This document shows, in pieces, positions 1-9,700 of a DNA stretch of 64,000 nucleotides. Within the stretch, counting starts at the first letter, position 1; the number at the start of each line of letters is the position of its first letter. Source of the DNA: Eutreptiella sp. 'Long Island Sound 2002'. Lineage: Eukaryota > Protista > Euglenida. The notes beneath the pieces are model-generated. The model ran no database searches, was not told the DNA's origin, and saw nothing but the letters and a program-made list of their open reading frames with translations. The position numbers and the translations under genes are program-made. The DNA is taken from assembly GCA_964036045.1 (NCBI GenBank), contig OZ038378.1, positions 169,756,001 through 169,820,000 on the forward strand. Direction: 5' to 3'.

Positions 1-599
1 CCCTTCCATACACGGTCACTAGGAGAAAACATCTTGGGTCTAAAAAAAGGACACAACACCTTGTACACCGCGTTTGAAGAGAGAATATCACAAAATACAC
101 ACAGGTGATTGATTCGACGTAATGGGAAAACAATGCAAGAAGGAAGGAAATCATATTAAGGAGCAATAGTCCATGGGGCTTCTACCCATTCCAGCCCCCA
201 GACTCACCCAAGGGGCAAGTCGCGCGGGTTTCTGGAGAGCTGCCGCCCTGTATGACAAGAGGCTCCCCCCTCCGTCCTTTAGGTTGCCTCACGTGAGGCC
301 CGTCCATGCTTCATGAGCCCCTCCGCGCTGTTGGAAGACAGAGCACCTTCCTGCATGCTGTACAGCATGGTGGAGTGTCGTGCATGGGGGTCACGAACCC
401 ATCCCTGGCCCTGTTGGGCCATGCCAGGCAATTCCGTGCAGAGACGCTGTGCTCCGCGAAGAGAGGGAAACGTAAAGGGGTTAGGGGGCCACTCCCTGGG
501 AAAACAATGCAAGACCGTGTGTGTGACAGATGGGGAACACAAACCACTGCAATAGATACTGCCCAGCAAAACAGTAAAGTGATAGCCCCCCCCCCCCCT

Positions 600-1450
600 A
601 GGGGGGGAGATTGCAAGGGGGTGGGTATTTTAAAGGGCGGGTAGGGGAGGGGGGTATCAAGACCCAAAAGGTGTACGAAATGGACGTCTCGCCAACAAAA
701 ACCCCATCAAGAAGGTCTTTGTTGGGGCATGAGGCCATGATTTTTGGACTCGGCCAGACGCCCAAGTAGTGGCACTCCGCACGCACTGTGCTTAAGTTTC
801 CCCCTGTGTGGGAGACTACAAGGACAAACAGAACAGATGAACCTACCGCTCAATCCACACACCCTATGTTGAGACCACAAAAGCACAAAAATATCAACTT
901 CGAGATAGCGTGTATGCTTCAACATAAAACAGTAATCCACAAGCATTATGGTTCAGAAATATTCATTCATTTTGTGCTTCGGCCATGATACAAGCCAAAC
1001 ACAAATGTTTCACATGTACACATGGCTTGTTGCTTGCCTAATGGCTTGGTCGATTTTTACTCGCAGTCAGATGCATGTAACATAGAAGAGAATTGCTTGT
1101 GCGATCTGACATTCAGGGAGGTCAGAAAGTAGGATGTGCGTAAGGAAGTATGGGCAGGGAATTGTGCACCACTGTCACTGCTTTTCAACCACAACCACTT
1201 CAAACAAAATCCATAATTTTTGCACCATCTGACTGGGCTTTGCAGACGCATAGAGGTCATTGCTCCATGTGCTGTTGAAAAATACCGCCAGTGATCACTA
1301 CTTTCGGTGCATTCTTCTTTCGGGACCCCCCTGTAGCATGGTTTATGCGCCCATCAACCACATGCAAGAGAGGGCATGAGATCATGATTTGAGAGACAGG
1401 GGACTGATTCCAGGGATGGGGCCTAAATTGCCAATGGACTTGCAGTTTCA
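600..1450 (-). pseudogene. Possible DDE-type transposase relic
   Basis: Frameshifted KSSDSGAQF (~1180) and FGLYHGRS (~985) resemble SDxGxQF ... YHGKS motifs seen in some uncharacterised transposase-like proteins; weak. Confidence 0.18.
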
Positions 1451-2370
1451 TTCAATGCAGGGGTGTCTGCCTTCGTGTCCGCGTTCAAGAAAGCTACACA
1501 GCTTGAGTGGGGCTCAATAGACATGCTGTTGCACAGTCATGCAGCAACACAGTTCTCAAAATCATTTACAGTCATGCTAATAAATCGCGATCAAGGACCT
1601 GTTGATGCAAGCTGCACAACTATACTGCCATGGAGCTCTCCAATCAAGAATGAACCGGCAACAACAGATATTGGTACACGTAGGAAAATGAAACATTGTC
1701 ACCAGTCAACGGTGTACTTCTTCGGAAATTGAGGCTCAGAATCGCTGCCCAGTGCAGTAGGACACATTGCATACTGCACTGTATACTGAGAAGCTGAAAT
1801 TTTATTGCCTACTGGGAAGGCACCTCGAAGAGGGAGGGAGCACAGTCAGTCAATCAGTCAGTTAACCACAAAGTCATTCAAGCCCCCCCCCCCCCCCCCG
1901 TCCGAGCACCCAAATATGGCAAAAAAATAAAAAGGGTCTAAAACAGGCTTTACATAGAATATTTGATCATTGTGAATGACCAGAATGCAAAAAAAGCAGT
2001 TTCCGAAATTTCCATTTTAGAACTGCAGAGGGTGGAAAACTGCATAAGCAGGTTGTGCCCCAGCCCCTTGCCCCCTCCAAACACCCAAATGGGGTGAAAA
2101 ACACACAATGGGAGTTCAAAATATGCTTTACATCGGATATTTGATCATTGTGAATGGCCAGAATACAAAAAAAATCGGTTTCTGAAATTTCCATCTCAGA
2201 GCTGTAGATGGTGGAAAACTGCATAAGCCGGTTGTGCGCCAGCCCCATTGCCCCCGCCCCCCCCCCCCTCCAAACATCCAAATGGGGTGAAAAACACATA
2301 AAGGGGTCAAAAAACATGCTGTACATAAGATATTTGATCAATGTGGATGGTCAGAATATCAAAAGAAATT

Positions 2371-3402
2371 CTATTGCCTTTGGCAAGTCCACCTCGCAGG
2401 GAATCTACCCTGAGCAACACACACCCAAAACAGGGGGAAAACCACATAAATACGGGCTAAAACATGCATTTCATATCTTGGATGGTAATTTTGTGTGGTC
2501 ACGGTATCAAAAAAAAAAAAAGGTTCGCAGACTTCGATTTTTGAGCTGCCCAGGGTGACTGCATAAGCGGGTTGTGTACCAATCCCTTGGGAACCTCCCC
2601 GCCCCTCCTGCACACGATACCCAAATAAGGTGAAAAACACATAAATACCACCTAAAACATGCTTTACATACCTTGGATAGTCATTTTAGCTGATCATGGT
2701 ATCAAAAAAATAAGTTTCGGAAACTTCGATTTTTGAGCTGCCCAGGGTGAAAAACTGCAGAAGCAGGTTGTGTACCGTCCCATGCATTGATGTGGGCCAT
2801 TATTGGTGGAAATAGTCATTTCGCGTCTTTGTCATTTCGCGTCTTTGGCACGGGTTTTGACCGGCCCTCGGCAAGGCTACAGACTGCAAAAAAACGTCCT
2901 TTCGTATGCTAGTAGGTATATACTGTCACAACATCTCCACTTGCACCCCTTAGAGTCGGTAGCACCGGGTCGCCGAAACCGCCAACAAAGCAAAAATGGC
3001 TGAAAAGTGCATAAACTGCATGAACGCTCGTTGCACTCCGCCCCATACAAACCCCATGGAGTCGGGACCCGGAAAAACTGTTTCGGCTCAAAATCGAAAA
3101 AACCCAAAAGATTCATGATTTCGGACACAACAAAGGGGGGGATCATTTTTTCGACATTTTCCCTCAAAACCTCAAAAAAGTGGGTTTCAAGTGGGGGGGG
3201 TCTGGGGGGGTCCAGACCAAAAACTGATTGGGGGATGTGTTTATTGGACAAAATAATGATTTTACAAGGGGTTTACAAACGATTCAACCCCTTGAGGTAG
3301 GGTATGCGAATGGGCCCAAAAAGGCCCAAAATAGGGGGGTATGTGGCATTTTCCCATATATACGGGCCCGCCTGGGTTTGATCTAACAACCTCTGCGAGG
3401 TG
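2371..3402 (-). mobile_element. Asymmetric-subTIR/hairpin element, subfamily B, copy B1
   Basis: ATT|CTATTGCCTTTGGCAAGTCCACCTCGCAGG ... CTCTGCGAGGTG|ATT, with internal ~190-bp tandem units; near-duplicate of B2. Confidence 0.8.
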
Positions 3403-3581
3403 ATTATAAGGTGAAAAGCCACACAACGGCAAGTTTGGGGCTTTTTGGGGGGGCGCGGCTCAAGCTACATCGGCCTAGCGGCCACTGGGGTACCCATAGG
3501 TGCTCAAGTACCCTATTGTCACCAAATGATCACCCAAACCCATGCCTGGGGCGACAGAAGGGTTTTGTAAAATGTCGAATT

Positions 3582-4642
3582 CTATTGCCTTCGGCAAGTC
3601 CACCTCGCAGAGAATCTACCCAAAGCAACACACACCCAAAAAAGGGGGAAAACTTCATAAATACGGCCTAAAATATGCTTTACATATCTTGGATGGTAAT
3701 TTTAGGTGATCACAATATTAAAAAAAAAAAAGGTTCGGAAACTTCGGTTTTTGAGCTGCCCAGGGTGAAAAACTGCATAAGCGGGTTGTGTACCAATCCC
3801 TTGGGAGACCCCCCACGCGCCCAATACCCAAATAAGGTGGAAAACACATAAATACCACCTAAAACATGCTTTACATACCTTGGATAGTCATTTTAGCTGA
3901 TCATGGTATCAAAAAAAAAGTTTCAGAAACTTCGATTTTTGAGCTGTCCAAGGTGAAAAACTGAAGCAGGTTGTGTACCGTCCCATGCATTGATGTGGGC
4001 CATTATTGGTGGAAACAGTCATTTCGCTTCTTTGGCATGGGTTTTGACCGGCCCTCGGCAAGGCTACAGACTGCAAAAAAACGTCCTTTCGCATGCCAGT
4101 AGGTATATACTGTCACAACATCCCCACTTGCACCCCTTAGAGTCGGTAGCACCGGGTCACCGAGGTCGCCAAAACCGCCAACAAAGCAAAAATGGCTGAA
4201 AAGTGCATAAACTGCATGAACGCTCGTCGCACTCCGCCCCATACAAACCCATGGAGTCGGGACCCAGAAACACTTTTGCGGCTCAAAACCAAAAAAACCC
4301 AAAAGATTCATGATTTCGGACACAACAAAGGGGGGGGGGGGGTCATTTTTTCGACATTTTTGACCCCACCCCCACGACCACCCCCCCACCCCCTTCCTTC
4401 AAAACCTCAAAAAAGTGGGTTTCAAGTGGGGGGGGGGGGGGTCTAGGGGGGGGTCCAGACCAAAAACTCATTGGGGGATGTGTTTATTGGACAAAATAAT
4501 GATTTTACAAGGGGTTAAACAAACGATTCAACCCCTTGAGGTAGGGTACGCGACTCGGCCCAAACAGGCCCAAAAGGGGGGGCATGTGGCGTTTTCCCCT
4601 ATAGGGCCTGCGTGGCTTTGATCTAACAACCTCTGCGAGGTG
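3582..4642 (-). mobile_element. Asymmetric-subTIR/hairpin element, subfamily B, copy B2
   Basis: ATT|CTATTGCCTTCGGCAAGTCCACCTCGCAGAG ... CTCTGCGAGGTG|ATT; colinear with B1. Confidence 0.8.
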
Positions 4643-5953
4643 ATTTTGAAATATCTTCAGGTGCCACTCAACAGCCTATCGGGCGTAAACGTCCTCACCG
4701 GCATGGGCCCTTCGGGGGGGGGGGGGGCGACCGGGAGCAACCGGAGTTTGGACCAGGGACCCCTGCCATGGGTTAGGGGGCCATAGACAAGAAAAAAGTT
4801 GTCAGCATCCAGGTCCAAATCTACACACAGCGGCCGCAAGACACAAAGAAGTTTTGCCCCCCCCCCCCCCCCGCCCCTGAAACCCCAGAGCGGGGTACCT
4901 GGGTACCAGGGGGGGGGGGGGTAGGGGGGTCATCGAAAATCGAAAAATTCATTGGGGGATCAGTTCTGTCCAAAATGATGGTTTTACAAGGGGTTAGACG
5001 TCTGATACCATATCTTGGGGCATGCTATGTGAACGACCCAAAAAAGGGGGGGTATATGACGCCCGCGCCTGCGCTTGATCTAACAACATCTCTTCGAGGT
5101 GATTTTGTCCAATACAGATTATAATGAGCAGGAAGGGTCCCGATGCAAATCACATGAGTTCCTCACACGTTCTGAAGCAGAAATACAATATTCCATTTTG
5201 GCAGCAGGTCACCAAAAACAGAATCAGAAACAAATACATTTAAGCAACACACCGGCAACAAGACGGTGCTCTTCGCCATTTATGCCAAGGGCACGCACAT
5301 GCATACGCACTGCGTGAATTAACACACACACACAACCCAGGTGATTGTCACCGAAACAGAATGTGGGCAGCGAAGCAAGCAGCAATCACCAGCAAAACGG
5401 GAGACATGGTCATGGGTGGCGCCTCTGTGTCGCCAATCAATAGGCTCCACGTGAAGAAGCCTGCCTTTGAGTGTGCCATGTGGAGCCAAAAAGCAACAAC
5501 CTGACCTGGTATTTGACATCTGCATTATCGTTGTCAAAATACAGGCGCGCACATGCACACACGCACATATGCGCACAGAGAGATTGCGGATGGCACATGG
5601 GCACTTGCTGCAATGGTGCGTCGACAAACATGCAAATAAAAACAAACAAGTGAGGCTTTTCAGCATTGACATGCACTCAGACTGAGTTGAACACTACTGA
5701 CATTTCGTGCAGCAAAGCAGGCAATGAGGCTTGGACAACGTTGCCACGCATGGAACGGGCCAATCAGGTGACCCTGATTGCAGGATGTCTATTGTGTGTT
5801 CATGGGGGCAATCAGTTTCACGTGCCTGTCATTCCTGTTTTGCTGCTCCAGCAATGAGCATCTGCCTACGGGGGGGGGGGGGCAGAGAGCATGGAAAGGG
5901 CTTCTGGTATCCGAATTCCTGCTATTGCAGGCCCTGTGTGCTTGCATTTCCAG

Positions 5954-5956
5954 ACG

Positions 5957-6021
<65 letters not shown>

Positions 6022-6024
6022 AGC
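5954..6024. repeat. (GA)n microsatellite
   Basis: Directly visible GA run. Confidence 0.9.
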
Positions 6025-6709
6025 GAGATTCAACCACGTCTGCTGTTGATCAGAAGATATTCACTGGTCCAAAGCCGGGCTTGTGTGTGCGGACTCACGA
6101 ATCAAGCAACATATGAGAATGGCTGTGTGCCATTGGCTCAGGACGTTTTTGTTTATAAAAAAAAAGGTGGAGCGTCCGGGTGGTCATAAGAACTCCAAAG
6201 CAACAGGGGGAGTTCAACAAGGGCGGGTTGGTTGCCGTGTAGTACGACCGGTGTCCAGTGCCATGCCGTTTGTGTACCCTGTTTGTTCGTAAGTCTTCTG
6301 AGTTCAGGGGAAATTCTGACCATGCCATGGGACCGCGATTCACATGATTGCGGGCTTCACTTATGATCTTTGCACGAGGATGGAACCCAAAATCGCGAAG
6401 GTATTGCTCAACATCGCCAACTGGCAACACAAATGGCATGTCGGGACACAGCTCTCGCTAGAAACCAATAAATAGGCACCAAGCAGGCAGCCCGAATTGA
6501 CACGCTTGATTCACCGACTACCCACCCTCGATTGGGTGCTGATTCCAACAAACCCCAGCCTGCCAGAAAGAAGGCGGACCCATCAAGATCGATCACTCAA
6601 TCAAGGGCACAAGGCGTCTGCAACAATACAAAGACCAAAAGGGAAATTGTGGCTGGTGACTATCTCTGCTTGGGAAGCGATACAAAACGCGCGTGGTTGG
6701 GGCGCCTCT

Positions 6710-9700
6710 TCACCCGTGAAGAGGGCCAATCGTCCACAAATGGAGTGTACAGTCGCGAAGTCCTGAAATGACGCCATAAGAGGATAAGGCCAGACCATTG
6801 ACGCCATCCGTATGCGGCAGAGAGCGCAATCCTTGTCCCGTCGAAGCCTTCCATACCCGGGCGGTGCCATCCATCGAGGCTGAAACAATCAGCTGTCCAT
6901 CGGCGGAGAACGCCACGCCGTATACGTAGTCATCGTGACCCTTCAGGGTCCGCACATGCTCTCCTGTATTACTCTTCCACACCCGAACACTGTAGTCATC
7001 CGATGCTGATGCTATCAGCGCTCCATCAGGCGACACTGCAACAGCGTTGACCCACTCATCATGCCCCTCCAGAGTCCGCACCAGCTCCCCCGACGACAGC
7101 TTCCAAACTCGTACCTTGCCATCCTCGGACCCCGATATCAGCAGCTCTCCGTTTGGCGACACCACGACATCGTCCACAATCTGCGAATCCTCGGCCCCAC
7201 ACTGGAGGGTCCGCAACAGCTCTCCGCTCGTACTCTTCCACACGTAGATCTTGCTGGCCCCCGAACCACTGATGATCAGCTCTCCGTCATGCGACCAGGT
7301 CACGCAATGCAAATCGCCATCTTCTTCGTGCTTCATGGTCTGCAAAACCTCCCCTGTCGAGCTTTTCCACACATAAATCACACCGTCCTCTGATCCTGAC
7401 GCGATCCGCTCTCCATCTGGCGACACTGCGACGTCCTTCACCGACTGCTCGTGCTTGTCAAACGTGCGGTACAGCTCGCCTGCGGGGGCCCACAGCTTGA
7501 CCTTACAATCCATGCCTGCCGATGCGATTAGCTGACCATCCGGAGACACGTCCACAGCCATGATCTCGTTTTCATGTTCACCCAAATTCCGCACTGGATC
7601 AGCATCTGGCAGCAGCGTCCAAAGGCGCACTAACTGGCCATGGCCGGAAATGACGTACCCATCACGGGATACAGCCAAGGCACGCACGTCCTCGCTGTGG
7701 TCCATGACTCGCAAACATTGTCCAGTTGCGAGGTTCCAGACTCGCACCGAACAATCGATCGAGGCTGAAACAATCAGCTGTCCATCGGCGGAGAACGCTA
7801 CGCCGTATACGTAGTCATCGTGACCCTTCAGGGTCCGCACATGCTCTCCTGTGGTACTCTTCCACACCCGAACACTGTAGTCATCCGATGCTGATGCTAT
7901 CAGCGCTCCATCAGGCGACACTGCAACAGCGTTGACCCACTTATCGTGTCCCTCCAGAGTCCGCACCAGCTCTCCCGACGACAGCTTCCAAACTCGTACC
8001 TTGCCATCCTCGGACCCCGATATCAGCAGCTCTCCGTTTGGCGACACCACGACATCGTCCACAATCTGCGAATCCTCGGCCCCACACTGGAGGGTCCGCA
8101 ACAGCTCTCCACTCGTACTCTTCCACACGTAGATCTTGCTGGCCCCCGAACCACTGATGATCAGATCTCCGTCATGCGACCAGGTCACGCAATGCAAATC
8201 GCCATCTTCTTCGTGCTTCATGGTCTGCAAAACCTCCCCTGTCGAGCTTTTCCACACATAAATCACACCGCCGTCTGATCCTGACGCGATCCGCTCTCCA
8301 TCTGGCGACACTGCGACGTCCTTCACCGACTGCTCGTGCTTCTCAAACGTCCGCAAAAGCTCGCCTGCAGGGGTCCAGAGGTTCACCTTACAATCCATGC
8401 CTGCCGATGCAATCAGCTGACCATTTTTGGACACGTCAACAGCATCGACGTCGTCAGTATGCGCCGTCAGACTCTTCAACGGAACTCTGACCGTAAGACA
8501 AGACAAGGTCGGAACATCAAGTCCTGTGGTATTACTCGGATCGGCGTCTTGAAGCAGCTTCCACATCCGAACTATGCTTGCTGCTGTGCCTGACCAGATG
8601 CACCCATCATGAGACACCGCAAGGGCTGAGACGGAAGAATCGTGGCGGAAGACTCGCAAACACTGTCCCGTCACAGTCTTCCACACTCTGAGTGTCTCAT
8701 CCAATGAGGCGGATACCAATATTTGTCCATCGGCGGAGAATGCCACGCCGTATACGAAGTTATCGTGACCCTTCAGGGTCCGCACATGCTTTCCTGTATT
8801 ACTCTTCCACACCCGAACACTGTAGTCATCCGATGCTGATGCTATCAGCGCTCCATCAGGCGACACTGCAACAGCGTTGACCCACTCATCATGCCCCTCC
8901 AGAGTCCGCACCAGCTCCCCCGACGACAGCTTCCAAACTCGTACCTTGCCATCCTCGGACCCCGATATCAGCAGCTCTCCGTTTGGCGACACCACGACAT
9001 CGTCCACAATCTGCGAATCCTCGGCCCCACACTGGAGGGTCCGCAACAGCTCTCCGCTCGTACTCTTCCACACGTAGATCTTGCTGGCCCCCGAACCACT
9101 GATGATCAGATCTCCGTCATGCGACCAGGTCACGCAATGCAAATCGCCATCTTCTTCGTGCTTCATGGTCTGCAAAACCTCCCCTGTCGAGCTTTTCCAC
9201 ACATAAATCACACCGTCCTCTGATCCTGACGCGATCCGCTCTCCATCTGGCGACACTGCGACATCATTCACCGACTGCTCGTGCTTGTCAAACGTGCGGT
9301 ACAGCTCGCCTGCGGGGGTCCACAGCTTGACCTTGCAGTCCGCACTGGCCGATGCGACCTGTCCATCACGAGACACGTCCACAGCCACAACTTCGTCCAC
9401 ATGTGCATCAAGGATTTTCAAAGGAACCTTTACGGACAAAGGCGGCGGATTAACAGAGCCGCTCCCACGTAGGTGCCACAACCGGAGCTTCTTGTCGCCA
9501 CTTCCTGAAATGACGTACCCATCACGGGACACCGCCACGGCATGCACCGATGCGCTGTCCGGGTGTGCTAAGATACGTCGACACCGCCCTGTGGCAGCCT
9601 TCCATACCCGGGCGGTGCCATCCACCGAGGCTGAAACAATCAGCTGTCCATCGGCGGAGAACGCTACGCCGTATACGTAGTCATCGTGACCCTTCAGGGT

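Larger units (their letters stand above)
1802..5101 (-). mobile_element. Asymmetric-subTIR/hairpin element, subfamily A, copy A1 (appears to contain nested B1 and B2)
   Basis: Left end TTATTGCCT..AGGCACCTCGAAGAG followed by a (CAGT)n-like tract. Right end CCTGCGCTTGATCTAACAACATCTCTTCGAGGTG|ATT with the conserved ~200-bp core shared with A2 and A3. Pairing of these two distant ends is inferred from the subTIR subtype. Confidence 0.6.
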
